A DNA stretch of 64,000 bases from Bryobacterales bacterium (lineage in GTDB: Bacteria > Acidobacteriota > Terriglobia > Bryobacterales > UBA6623), in assembly GCA_963422375.2 (NCBI GenBank), contig OY729428.2:320001-384000 (forward strand), read 5' to 3'. The position numbers and the translations under genes are program-made. The notes beneath the pieces were generated by a model. That model was given only the letters and a program-made list of their open reading frames with translations. It was not told the origin of the DNA and did no database searches. Positions 1-10,207 of this stretch are shown here, piece after piece. Position 1 is the first letter of the stretch; each line of letters opens with the position of its first letter.

Positions 1-26
1 TCGGCTGAGGGGACCCCCGTCGCGAA

Positions 27-671
27 CTACCGCCCCTCGGCGATGCCGTTGGAGTTGACGGAGACGCTGTCCAGAAGGATGCCGTTGGACGATTCGCGCC
101 CGCCGTTTGCAATGAAGCGGCCTTGGACGTGGAAGGCCTCGCCGACGCCGCCGGTGGAGGAGGTTGGAATGCTCGCGTAGACGCCGGCCGTGAGCAGGGC
201 CTGGGAGAACACATTGCGGCCATTGAGCGGCAGGTCAACGATCTGCTTGTTCTCTATGACCGTGCTGAGCGTCGACGTGCCGGTTTCCAGTTCGAGTGCG
301 TTCGCGGTTACCGAGACCGACTCCGTGACGGCACCCAGCTCCAAGGCGATGTCCACTGACGACCTCTGCTGCATCGACAGCGGGATGGAGTCGAGCGCGT
401 AGCTGCGAAACCCGGGTGCCTCGGCCGTCGAGCTGTGGGTTCCCGGCGGTAGTCGTGACACCAGGTAGAAGCCGCTCTCGTTGGATGCGGTTTCGAAGGC
501 GACGTTCCGGGCGACATCGATGACGGTGATCGCCGCTTCCGGGACGGCCGCGCCCGTCCGATCCGTGACGAGGCTGGAAATCGATCCTTGCGACGTCGGA
601 GCTGAAGCCAGCGAGGCCAGCGCCAACGCGGCGCAGGCCAGCGACGACCGCCCACTCAGCCGGGGGGCCAT
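27..671 (-). pseudogene. TonB-dependent receptor N-terminus (carboxypeptidase-regulatory-like domain + plug), truncated
   Basis: Signal peptide, then GSISSLVTDRTGAAVPEA...SNESGFYLVSRLPPG...IVDLPLNGRN...NGGRESSNGILLD. Stops after ~214 aa instead of ~1000. Confidence 0.75.
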
Positions 672-1088
672 CAAGCGTCGCCCGCGGTTGTCGCCGAGCC
701 TGTCTGCCAGCCGGTCCAGATGCACGGTGCGCTGAATGATCAGCCATTCTTCGGCCTCCGCTGCCAAGCCCGGAGAGCGGCCTGGGCCTGCGGATGCGTC
801 GGCCGGGTCACGACGCAGTGTCCGGCCGAGTAGGCCAGGACATCGCAAACCATTGGGATCGCAGGAGATCCCGGTGGACTCGATGATGGGATTGGGAGGC
901 CCTGTCACCGTCACGTAGCGTCGACCGGACCTCGAAACAGCTGATGACCGGTTTGCGTGTGACCGTCGGCCCCGAAACCGGCCATGCCGGGCACGTGTCG
1001 CGAAATCGGATCCTTTCCGGACGCCCTTCTCCGGGCCGGGCGAGCAGGCAGGGAGCGATGCCCGGACGAAGCGCAGCAAGGAGGAATC

Positions 1089-2243
1089 ATGGCGACATTT
1101 CAGACACCGCTGGTCTCGATCACTGGGATCGAGCCGCACCCCGACGCAGACCGACTCGAGCTCGCGAAGGTACTCGGCTACACGTGCGTCATCCGCAAGG
1201 GAGCGTTCAAGACCGGCCAGCAGGTAGTGTACCTGCCTGAAGGAGGCGTCATCCCGGAGTGGCTTTGCCGGTCGCTGAACCTTTGGAGCGAGGCAGACGG
1301 CAAGGGGCGTCTCGCAGGCCCGCAAGGCCTCCGCATCAAGGCGATTCGCCTCAGGGGAACGGTAAGCCAAGGCCTGCTCTACCCGCTCGCGGACGGCCCG
1401 AGTGGCCAAGGCATTCCCTTGGCAGGCGGCGACATTCTGCCGGTGGATGGGGGCGTCGAGGCGACGGAGATCGCGGATGCCCTTGGCATTGTGAAGTACG
1501 AGCCTCCCGTGCCGGTGGCATTTGAGGGCGAAGTTGTCAACGCACACGGACACACACTGCGCTTCGACATCGAGAGCCTGCAGAGCTTTCCGGACGCGAT
1601 TCACCCCGGAGAGCCGGTCGTCATAACGGAGAAGATTCACGGCACTTGGACGGGCATAAGTTTCGATCCGGAGGTGCGCCATCCCGACCTCTACGAAGGC
1701 GGCACGCTCGTCTCGTCCAAGGGAATGAGCGCTAAGGGCCTCGCCTTCAAGACGGGCGCGAGCAACGACAGGAACATCTATGTCCGAACATGGCGGCGCT
1801 TCCTGCTGGAGCCGGGCCACTGGGACCATCTGGTCGCCGAATCTCGAACGCAAGGCAGCGCTTTCCACATCCTCGGCGAGACGTTCGGGCGAGGCGTGCA
1901 AGACCTGCAGTACGGTCTGCGGGGAACTGAGTTCCGCGTGTTCGCCGTTGGCGTAGGCGACGCTAAGGAACCAAGTGCGCGGTTCCTCTCGGCGGACAAG
2001 ATGGAGGCATGGTGTGCCCGGTACGACCTACGTACCGTGCCCGAACTCAGACGGGGGCCGTTCGGGCCGACCGAGATCCTGGCTCTCCGCGACGGCGACA
2101 CGACCTTGGAAGGCAAGCATGTCCGGGAAGGGATCGTGATCTCGCCCAACCGCGACCGCCCGCTGCTCGACCAGTTCGCGTTCCTCAAGCTGGTAAGCCC
2201 GAACTACCTCCTTCGCAAGGGCAAGGCCACCGAATTCGAGTAG
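1089..2243 (+). CDS. RNA ligase (ATP), DRB0094/Rnl2-like family
   Basis: GGAGG RBS before ATG 1089. N-terminal IEPHPDADRLELAKVLGY module, motif I TEKIHGT, GETFG, REGIVI, C-terminal LKLVSPNYLLRK. Confidence 0.9.
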   Translation: MATFQTPLVSITGIEPHPDADRLELAKVLGYTCVIRKGAFKTGQQVVYLPEGGVIPEWLCRSLNLWSEADGKGRLAGPQGLRIKAIRLRGTVSQGLLYPLADGPSGQGIPLAGGDILPVDGGVEATEIADALGIVKYEPPVPVAFEGEVVNAHGHTLRFDIESLQSFPDAIHPGEPVVITEKIHGTWTGISFDPEVRHPDLYEGGTLVSSKGMSAKGLAFKTGASNDRNIYVRTWRRFLLEPGHWDHLVAESRTQGSAFHILGETFGRGVQDLQYGLRGTEFRVFAVGVGDAKEPSARFLSADKMEAWCARYDLRTVPELRRGPFGPTEILALRDGDTTLEGKHVREGIVISPNRDRPLLDQFAFLKLVSPNYLLRKGKATEFE

Positions 2244-2579
2244 CGTACGACCGGGCGGCCCGATATCCCGGCTCCCGGGCTGCGGGACCGAGCGGCGGCT
2301 CGGCCCCACAGCCCCAGAGCCACGGAAGATTCGGAGGTGCCGCGAGTTTCTCGGAAGCGAGTCCGCACCAACCTGGCTCTCCAGGATCGATGACGGGACG
2401 CCCCGAAACACTTCGCCGACTCCGTTCACGAGCCATCGTTAGGGAATTATATATCTGAGTGCCGAGGGAATCAAGTCGGCAAATTATCAAGCCATAATAA
2501 GATTTCATATTTCTTCCGATTTTCCGTTGAAATTCTGTGGTGTTTCTTGGTAGAATAGCTCCAGTAGGGGATACCATAA

Positions 2580-3568
2580 ATAAAGAAACAAGGCCCCGGA
2601 AAGTGGTTCCGTAAAGGCATCACATTGATCGAAGTGATCGCCATGTTCCCCGATGACGAATCCGCGGAAAAGTGGTTCGCCTCCGTGCGCTGGCCGGGCG
2701 GTCCCGCGTGCCCCCACTGCCGCGGCTCCAGCGTGCAGTCCGGCGCGGCCCACCCTTCGATGCCGTACCGTTGCCGCGGCTGCGGCCAGCGCTTTTCAGT
2801 GCGCACCGGCAGCGTGTCCGTGCGCATCGGCAGCGTGATGGCCGACACCAAGCTCGGCTACCGCACCTGGGCCGTCGCCCTGTTCCTGCTGACCACCGGC
2901 ATCAAGGGCGTCTCGAGCATGAAGCTGCACCGCGACCTGGGCATCAGCCGGAAGTCGGCCTGGCACCTGGCGCACCGCATCCGCGCGTGCCGGGAGCGGG
3001 ATCAGGGCCCGTTCGCCGGCCCGGTGGAGGCGGACGAGACCTACGTCGGCGGCAAGGAACGCAACCAGCACGAGAGCAAGAAGGCCCGCGCCGGGCGCGG
3101 GCCCGTCGGCAAGACCCCGGTGGCGGGCGCGCGGGACCGCGCCACGAACGCAGTGGCCGCGCGGCCGCTGCCGGGCACCGCCAAGGGCGACCTGCAGGGC
3201 TTCGTGCGCGCCCGCGTCGCGCCGGGGGCGCAGGTCCGCTCCGACGAGGCGGCGGCCTACGCCGGCATGGAGGAGTTCCCGCACGAAGCCGTCAGGCACT
3301 CCGGCGGCGAGTACGTGCGCGGGGCAGCGCATACGAACGGCATCGAATCGTTTCGGTCTCTGTTCAAGCGCGGCCTGTACGGAACCTATCACCGGATGAG
3401 CGTCCGTCATCTCGGCCACTACCTCACGGAGTTCGCGGGACGGCGCAACGACCGCGACTGCGACACGGCGGAACAACGGCGGAACGGATGCGGCGCATGG
3501 CGCGGGGCTTGGTCGGCCGGACGCTGACCGGCCGGCAGCTGACCGGCAAGGCCGCGGTCGCGGCCTGA
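2580..3568 (+). pseudogene. IS1595-family transposase (element A); start codon ATG>ATA, frameshift near the 3' end
   Basis: CPHC/CRGC zinc ribbon, EADETYVGG, SDE, HTNGIES, YLTEF..R.N.R motifs. Confidence 0.85.
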
Positions 3569-3943
3569 GCGGCGCCCGCCGCGCTGAGCGCGGCAGCCCG
3601 CTGCGGGCGCGCTCTTCACGCTCGGTGCTCTTCACGCTCGGTACGAGGGGCGCACCGCAGGCCGTCGAGCGCCGGGGATCCGCTGTCTTCGGCCCTCGCA
3701 GGACCTGCAATCGGCTTGCAAGGGGTGCCCTGCCACCGCCAACCCGGTTCCACCGGGGCAGGCGAGGCGGCCTCTCTAGTCCCTTCCTCGTCCAATCCGC
3801 TGGCAGGCTCGATTCAGATACGATCCCACTCCCCACCCCTCTGTGCCCGCCGCGGCCGCACTCGCATGACCCCAGCTCGACACCCACCTCCCTGCTCACA
3901 GCAGCTCTAGGCCGACATGGCGTTGTCGGCACTCAGATATATA

Positions 3944-5102
3944 GTGCTTGTGACAAAACCCCTGAATTCTGGCCCGATCAGCATTTCATACTACATCCTG
4001 AGGTCAGTTGAAGCTCCAAGCACAATATATAACCTGATTACCCACAAGACTCAGCCAAGGTTAGGAGACGGTAAGCGCCAGGGACTGCTTGACGTGCGCC
4101 AGCATCGTGTTGACCCGGACGAAGCGGGAATCCGCGCAGCTCCGCTGCCCGCCTCCGGTGACGGTCGGCACGTGCTCGCAGCCGGCGTCGGCCACGCCCC
4201 GGAAGCAGGCCGGGCCGTCGGAATGCACCTCCGTGCCGGGCTGCAAGTGCCGCCCGGCCCACGCTGCCAGCGTCTTCTTGCGCAAGCCCGCCACGCCGCT
4301 CATGCGCATCCTTGCCGGCTGGCCGGCGGCGCTGACCTGCACGGCGGCCACGAACGGCGTCTTGCCCGCCGCGCCGCGACCGCGCGTGCCGCCGGTCCGC
4401 TCCCCGCCCCAGTAGGCCCCAGTAGGCGTCGTCCACTTGCACGATGCCGCCCGGCGGCACGCGCTCGTCGCGCTCCTTCATCACTTGCAGGAGCTTGTGC
4501 TTCACCTTCCAAGCCGTGTTCCGGCTCACGCCCGGCTGCCGCGCCAGTTCCAGCGACGAAACGCCGTGCTGGCCCTGCGTCAGCAGGTGGAGCGCCAGGA
4601 ACCGGACGGTCAGCGGCAGCTGGGTGGCGGCGAAGATCGTGCCGGCGACGAGGGAGGTCCGGCGGTGGCAGGCATGGCACTGCCAGAGCTTGCGGGAGCG
4701 GATGCGGCAGTGCCGCCGGGAGCCGCACTCCGGGCAGCGGAAGCCGTCCGGCCAGCGGGCCTTGAAGACGGCCTGCTCGCATGGCCCCTCGCTGCAGGAA
4801 CTTGCCCGGACTGAGTCCCTTCTGGAATTGCACGCGATTGCGTTTCGTCTGCTATCCCCTTTCCTATCAGAGATTTCCGACCTCCTTCAGTATAGCATAT
4901 CCTCGGCTGACGTTCGTTGGTAATCAGGATATATAATGCCCAAGGTCGGAAGTTGCTCAGCCGCCAATCGCGAAGATTTCCGACCTCTACCCAGAATCGC
5001 CAGGATTTCGGACTAGTCGTAGCATTCCAGCGAAATCTTTGCCTTGAGAGATTGGACCTAACGCCTTTTTTGTCAAGGGGATACGAGTTTTGTCACGGGC
5101 AC
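3944..5102. mobile_element. MITE-like non-autonomous element (~255 bp once the nested IS is removed)
   Basis: 16-bp IRs GTGCTTGTGACAAAAC / GTTTTGTCACGGGCAC, flanked by TATATA on both sides. No transposase of its own. Confidence 0.7.
4033..4928 (-). mobile_element. IS1595-family element B, copy 1 (internally deleted, frameshifted)
   Basis: CCTGATTACC...GGTAATCAGG ends, 8-bp TSD ATATATAA, QVDDAY and HSDG motifs. Confidence 0.9.
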
Positions 5103-5114
5103 TATATAATTCCC

Positions 5115-5445
5115 TTGCGATAGCTTCGCGCTGTGCGAAGAATAGCCGCCGGTCCGGTCCCTGTCCGGCAGGACGCGCCCAGTATTCGAGCAGGCGACCA
5201 GTCAGCGGACTCGCGTCACGCCAGTGGTCGCCCCGCCACTCCGCCACCTGATGACGAAGCTTGCTGACGATCTCGGTGTCCTCGATAAAGAGGTCCTTCT
5301 GCGTCGGCTCCGGGGCACGGCCAAGTGGCATGCGCGACCGCACCGGTCGCCGTTCGGGGGTGATCGTGTTGTGAGTGCGGTCGTCAACGGTCGTCCAGTG
5401 CCGTTCGGGAGGCTCGTAGGGGGTGTTGAGCGTCGGCTGGCACTA
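5115..5445 (-). pseudogene. N-terminal fragment of a type III Res-like restriction helicase, cut off by element A
   Basis: PTLNTPYEPPERHW...IVSKLRHQVAEWR...LLEYW...RLFFAQREAI, ending exactly at the IS end. Confidence 0.65.
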
Positions 5446-5843
5446 TACACACTCGCTGCGGTCGCAGGCAGTGTCATGCGGCTCAATCGTTGTGGTCAAA
5501 CGTCTTACTTCCGGCGTCCGTAGTGGACCTGCCGACAAGCTGCTATCTTACAGGCCGCTTGGCCGCCCCCCGGCACCGAGCCGCCAAGTCACCGGATATC
5601 GGACGCCACCCGAACCACCTCTCCGCGCGCCTCGCAGCGACGCTTCAGCGGACGCCCCGGGCGATGAAGAGGGTCGTCGAGGAGCGATGGGCCAGCCGCG
5701 CAAGGCCGTCCGAGACCTGCGGACCTACTCGATCTCGCGCACCGAGCCGCAGCCGTGCGCCGCTTCGCCTCGGGTTGAGGAGGACGCGCCTGGGCGGCGA
5801 AACCCGGTCCGCCGGGAATTTCCGCGGGAAGTAGAATGAGAAG

Positions 5844-7163
5844 TTGGCGGGTCCCCTCCGCGTCGGAATCGTCGGTCTTGGCAACGTGGGCGGGGGAGCG
5901 CTCCGCTTGCTGCAAGGCAACGCCGCTCAAATCGAGCGGAAGCTCGGATTCCCGCTCCAAGTATCGGCCCTGTGCTCCCGCAGGGTCCTCTCCGAGCCCC
6001 CCGAGGCGGCGAAACTGCATCCGGCGGCCTTCCGGACCGATTCGTGGAGAGAACTCGTCGCGCGTCCCGATGTGGACATCGTGGCCGAGCTGGTCGGCGG
6101 CACCGGCACCGCCCGGAAGATCATCGAAACCGCGCTGGCCGCAGGCAAGCCCGCGGTTACCGCCAACAAGGAATTGCTGGCCGAGCACGGCGCGGAGCTC
6201 TGGCGCATCGCGCAAGCAGGGCGAGCCACCCTCGGATTCGAAGCCGCGGTCGCCGGCGGCATTCCCGTGCTCAGGGCCCTGCGCGAGGGCATCGCCGGAG
6301 ACGGCATCGACGCCTTGGTGGGAATCCTCAACGGCACGTCCAATTACATCCTGACGGAGATCGAGCGGACTGGCAGGCCGCTGGGCGAGGTGCTGCTCGA
6401 GGCGCAGCGGCTCGGCTACGCCGAAGCCGATCCCAGCGCCGACGTCGATGGATTCGACGCCCGCTCGAAGCTCGCGATCCTGGCGGCCCTAGCCTTCGGC
6501 GTCAGGGTCGCGCCCGGCGAGATTCCGGTCGAGGGCATCCGCCGGATCCGCGCCATCGATTTCGCCTACGCCGACCGTCTCGGCCATACCATCCGGCTGC
6601 TCGCCACAGCCCGTCGCGAACGCGAAGGGCTGCGCCTGGCCGTACGCCCGGCCTTGGTCGAGAAGCGCACCATCCTCGCCGGCGTCTCGGGCTCGTACAA
6701 CGCCCTCTGGGTTCACGGGCGCGGGGGCGACACGTTCTATTACGGCAAGGGGGCCGGCCCGGCCCCGACCGGAGTCGCGGTCGTCAGCGATATCATCGCC
6801 GCCGCTCGCACGGTCCGGTCCGGCGCAGCCGCGGTCGCGCCGCCGTTCGCGTACATGACTCTCGACCCTCTCGCCCCGATCTACGGAGGAGCCGAGGTCC
6901 GCCAGTTCTACCTGCGGTTTCGCGTGCGCGACCGCCCGGGCATCCTCGCGAGCCTCGCGGAGAGCCTCTCCCGCCAGGGCGTCAGCATCGAGGCCGTCCT
7001 GCAGGAGCCCCATGTCGACAAGCGCGACCTGCCGTTCGTGATCACGATCGAGCCCGCGAGGCGCGAAGCGCTGGAGGCGGCACTCGAGACCATGCATGGA
7101 CTGGACTTCCTCGTGGATCAGCCGCTGGCCCTGCCCCTCGAGCGGCCACTCGCGGAGGCTTGA
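5844..7163 (+). CDS. hom: homoserine dehydrogenase (with ACT domain)
   Basis: GLGNVG, VTANK, FEAAVAGGIP, GILNGTSNYIL, GYAEADPSADVDG, C-terminal DRPGILA ACT domain. Confidence 0.95.
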   Translation: MAGPLRVGIVGLGNVGGGALRLLQGNAAQIERKLGFPLQVSALCSRRVLSEPPEAAKLHPAAFRTDSWRELVARPDVDIVAELVGGTGTARKIIETALAAGKPAVTANKELLAEHGAELWRIAQAGRATLGFEAAVAGGIPVLRALREGIAGDGIDALVGILNGTSNYILTEIERTGRPLGEVLLEAQRLGYAEADPSADVDGFDARSKLAILAALAFGVRVAPGEIPVEGIRRIRAIDFAYADRLGHTIRLLATARREREGLRLAVRPALVEKRTILAGVSGSYNALWVHGRGGDTFYYGKGAGPAPTGVAVVSDIIAAARTVRSGAAAVAPPFAYMTLDPLAPIYGGAEVRQFYLRFRVRDRPGILASLAESLSRQGVSIEAVLQEPHVDKRDLPFVITIEPARREALEAALETMHGLDFLVDQPLALPLERPLAEA

Positions 7164-7240
7164 GCCCGGGGCCGGTCCGCGGAGGCGCGATGTTGCACAC
7201 TGGGAATCTCGGTGCCGCGGCAGCGGGAGGAAGGAGACCG

Positions 7241-8074
7241 ATGCCAACCCATTCGCTCGGCAAGACGCTGCGCCTGCGGCGCATCCTGCGCGACGGTCGC
7301 GCGGTCGTGGTCGCGATGGACCACGGAAACGCCGCGGGGGCGGTTCGCGGTCTCGAGAGACCCGCCTCGCTCGTGAGGCAACTGGCACCAGCCGGGGCCG
7401 ACGCCATTCTCGTTACGCCTGGCATCCTCGCGCAGGTGTTCGAGCAAGTGGGCGACCTGGCGATCCTCCTGCGCATCGACGGCTGCGTCAGCCCGCTGGG
7501 CGCGGGCGCCATGCGCCTGTTTGTCGACGTACGGCAGGCCTTGGCACTGGGAGCCGACGCCGTGGTGATGAACGCCACCCTCGGCGCTGCGTTCGAGAGC
7601 GAGGAACTCCAGAAGGTCGGGCGGATCGCGAGCTCGGGCCGCGCCCTGGGCGTGCCCGTGGTCGCGGAAATCCTGAGCCAGCGGATGATGGCAAACCACA
7701 TGGACATGTCCGGCCGGGGCGAGGAGGTACTTCCGTCCGACATCGCGGCCGACGTCACGCTGGCTTGCAGGATCGGGGCCGAGCTGGGAGCGGACCTGAT
7801 CAAGACCCGCTACTCGGGCAGCGTCGAGGAGTTCCGGAGGTGCGTCGACGCCTGCGGCTGCCCGGTGCTGGTGGCGGGCGGGCCGCGCCGATCCGGCGGA
7901 CTGGGAGGCACCGTCGACACGGTGAGCGAGGTCATGGAAGCGGGCGCTTCCGGCGTGATCTTCGGCCGCCAGATCTGGCAGCACGAGGACCCGGTCGAAG
8001 CGGTCGGCGCCGTGGCGGCCCTCGTTCACGGAAAGCCCGGCGTGGCGGAGCCCTCGACTTCGGGCCCGGCCTGA
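7241..8074 (+). CDS. DhnA-type class I aldolase
   Basis: VVVAMDHG, ELGADLIKTRY (Schiff-base Lys), PVLVAGG, GVIFGRQIWQ. AAGGAG RBS. Confidence 0.85.
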   Translation: MPTHSLGKTLRLRRILRDGRAVVVAMDHGNAAGAVRGLERPASLVRQLAPAGADAILVTPGILAQVFEQVGDLAILLRIDGCVSPLGAGAMRLFVDVRQALALGADAVVMNATLGAAFESEELQKVGRIASSGRALGVPVVAEILSQRMMANHMDMSGRGEEVLPSDIAADVTLACRIGAELGADLIKTRYSGSVEEFRRCVDACGCPVLVAGGPRRSGGLGGTVDTVSEVMEAGASGVIFGRQIWQHEDPVEAVGAVAALVHGKPGVAEPSTSGPA

Positions 8075-8112
8075 CTGCCCCCGGCGGCCGCGGGCCGAGC
8101 GGATCTCGCACA

Positions 8113-10188
8113 GTGAGCCAAAGCTTGATCACCCGGCGCGAAGCGATCGCCCTGTCGTCCGCCGGGATCCTCCCGAGCGCCGCGGGCCAGTCGCGATTCG
8201 GGTCGATGCTGTGGAACTTCGTCCGCGAGTACCTGCGCGTGCTGGACGAGCGTCGCGCGTCCCGGCTGGCCGCGCTGAATTCCGAGGAGGACTTCCATGC
8301 GCTGCGCGACAGGGTGCGCGAGGCGCTGGCCCGCATGTGGGGCCCCTTCCCGGCGCCAACGCCGCTCAACCCGAGGCACGTCGGCTCGCTGGATCGCGGC
8401 AGTTTCCTCGTGGAGAGGATCGTCTTCGAGAGCCGCCCGTCCTTCCCCGTGACCGCGAACCTGTACCGCCCCAAGGCCCCCGCGGCGAAGCTGCCGGCGA
8501 TCGTCTTTCCGTGCGGCCACGGTGACGCGGGGAAATCCTCCGAGCCCTACCAGCGATTCGCCTCCCTGATGGCTCGCAACGGCTTCGCGGTCCTGACTTG
8601 GGATCCGGTGGGCCAAGGGGAGCGTCTCCAGTATTTCGACAGCGAGACCGGCACGTCGGACTTCCGTCCCGGGACGGGGGAGCACCGCGTCCTGGGCAAC
8701 CGCTGCTACCTCGTCGGCGACAACCTCATGCAGTACCGCGCATGGGACGCGACGAGGGCGCTCGACTACCTCGAGACGCGATCGGAAATCGATCCGGAAC
8801 GGGTCGGGATCGCCGGGCAGTCCGGCGGCGGCATGACCGCCTTGCAGTTCGCCTGTTTCGACGACCGCATTCGAGCCGCGTTCATCAGCTGCGCGGTGGC
8901 CAGCTTCCGAGCCAAGACGGAGGCGCTGCTGATCGCCGACCCGGAGCAGATTCTCTACGGCACCCTGCGCGACGGCATCGACCACCCCGAGCTTCTGGCC
9001 GCGTTCGCACCGAAGCCCCTCTGCATCGGGGCCGCCGTCCGCGACTACGTGCCGATCGAGGGAGCGCGTCGCACCCACGCGGAACTCGAGGCGGTCTACG
9101 CCAAGCTCGGCGCGCCCGGCGCTCTGCGCCTCGCCGAGACCGATTCGACGCACGGGTTCAACCGCGAGCTGCGGGAGGCGGCCGCATCGTTCTTCGCGGA
9201 CGCGCTGGCAGGGCGCGACATGGCTGTCAGCGAGGAGGACATCGACCTGCCTGCGCCCGACGCTTTGGTCTGCACCGACTCGGGCCAGGTCTCGGTCTCG
9301 CTTCCATCCAAGACCGTCGCGGATTTCCTAGCCGAGCGCACGGACTCGATCACGCCCGAGTTCGACATGCCCGCCAGCCCCAGCGAATTCGAGGTTTACC
9401 GCAGCCGCGTCGCGAGGGGCATCCGCGAGGTCACCCGGGTCGGCGCGTTCAAGTCCGAGCACGGCATCGAGGTCCCGACCCGCTTCCTCGACGCCGGCGT
9501 GTACGCCAAGGGAGCGGTGTTCCTCGTCGCCGACCAGGGCAAGGACCATCCCCTCGTCCAGCGCTACTGCATCGACGCCGTCCTCGCCGCCGACCACAGC
9601 CTGTACGGTCTCGACGTGCGCGGCTGGGGCGCAACCGAGCCCTCGCTGGAGGCTCTCGGCGCCGGCTTCGACTGGGACGACTTTCTCGCGTACCGCAGCC
9701 TGGAGCTCGGCCGCCCGCTGTTAGGCCAGCGGCTGAAGGACTTCCTAGCCACGGCCCCGACGATGACGAAGAGGCGCGAGTGGATCGCGGTCGGCATCGG
9801 GACGGGCGGCCTGGTGGCCGCCCACGCGGCCGTGCTGGACCCGCGCATCGAAGGCGTGGCGAGCATCCAGGCGCCGCTGTCCTACCGGGCCGTCCTGGAC
9901 GACCCGCACTCCACCCAGCCGGTGAGCTGCCTGCTGCCGGGCGTCCTCGGGAGGTACGACATCGGCGACGTCTACGCGGCGATCGCGCCGCGGCCCCTGC
10001 TGGTCGCCAATCCGGTGGACTCCCGGCGACGGCCCGTCCCCGCGGGCGAGGCCGAGAGCGAAATCGGCCGGGCGCTGGACATCTACGAGACGCTCGACGC
10101 GGGCGACGCCGTCCGCATCGAGACGCGGCTCGGCAGGACAGGAATCCGCGCGGCGATCGAGAGCTGGCTGCGGTCCGTGTCGGCGTGA
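8113..10188 (+). CDS. acetylxylan-esterase-like tandem alpha/beta hydrolase
   Basis: FESRP..VTANLY, PCGH, DPVGQGER, nucleophile elbow GQSGGG, HGF. Confidence 0.8.
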   Translation: MSQSLITRREAIALSSAGILPSAAGQSRFGSMLWNFVREYLRVLDERRASRLAALNSEEDFHALRDRVREALARMWGPFPAPTPLNPRHVGSLDRGSFLVERIVFESRPSFPVTANLYRPKAPAAKLPAIVFPCGHGDAGKSSEPYQRFASLMARNGFAVLTWDPVGQGERLQYFDSETGTSDFRPGTGEHRVLGNRCYLVGDNLMQYRAWDATRALDYLETRSEIDPERVGIAGQSGGGMTALQFACFDDRIRAAFISCAVASFRAKTEALLIADPEQILYGTLRDGIDHPELLAAFAPKPLCIGAAVRDYVPIEGARRTHAELEAVYAKLGAPGALRLAETDSTHGFNRELREAAASFFADALAGRDMAVSEEDIDLPAPDALVCTDSGQVSVSLPSKTVADFLAERTDSITPEFDMPASPSEFEVYRSRVARGIREVTRVGAFKSEHGIEVPTRFLDAGVYAKGAVFLVADQGKDHPLVQRYCIDAVLAADHSLYGLDVRGWGATEPSLEALGAGFDWDDFLAYRSLELGRPLLGQRLKDFLATAPTMTKRREWIAVGIGTGGLVAAHAAVLDPRIEGVASIQAPLSYRAVLDDPHSTQPVSCLLPGVLGRYDIGDVYAAIAPRPLLVANPVDSRRRPVPAGEAESEIGRALDIYETLDAGDAVRIETRLGRTGIRAAIESWLRSVSA

Positions 10189-10207
10189 GGCCGCGGCCCC
10201 GGCCGAG

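Larger units (their letters stand above)
2442..5114 (+). mobile_element. IS1595-family element A, copy 1 (ISNwi1-like ends); right IR split by nested insertions
   Basis: Left IR GGGAATTATATATCTGAGTGCCGA at 2442. Right IR TCGGCACTCAGATATATA (3926-3943) is completed by ...ATTCCC at 5109-5114. No matching TSD on the flanks. Confidence 0.85.

Noticed and set aside
930..985. Hammerhead-like words CTGATGA ... GAAA upstream of the RNA ligase
   Set aside because: Stem II cannot close next to GAAA, and I could not build stems I/III with a cleavage triplet.
27..1901. 624-aa minus-strand ORF and other long overlapping ORFs (e.g. 8598-10253, 27146-28756, 59935-62757)
   Set aside because: Shadow frames of real genes in high-GC DNA. 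Only 27-671 of the first has recognisable content.
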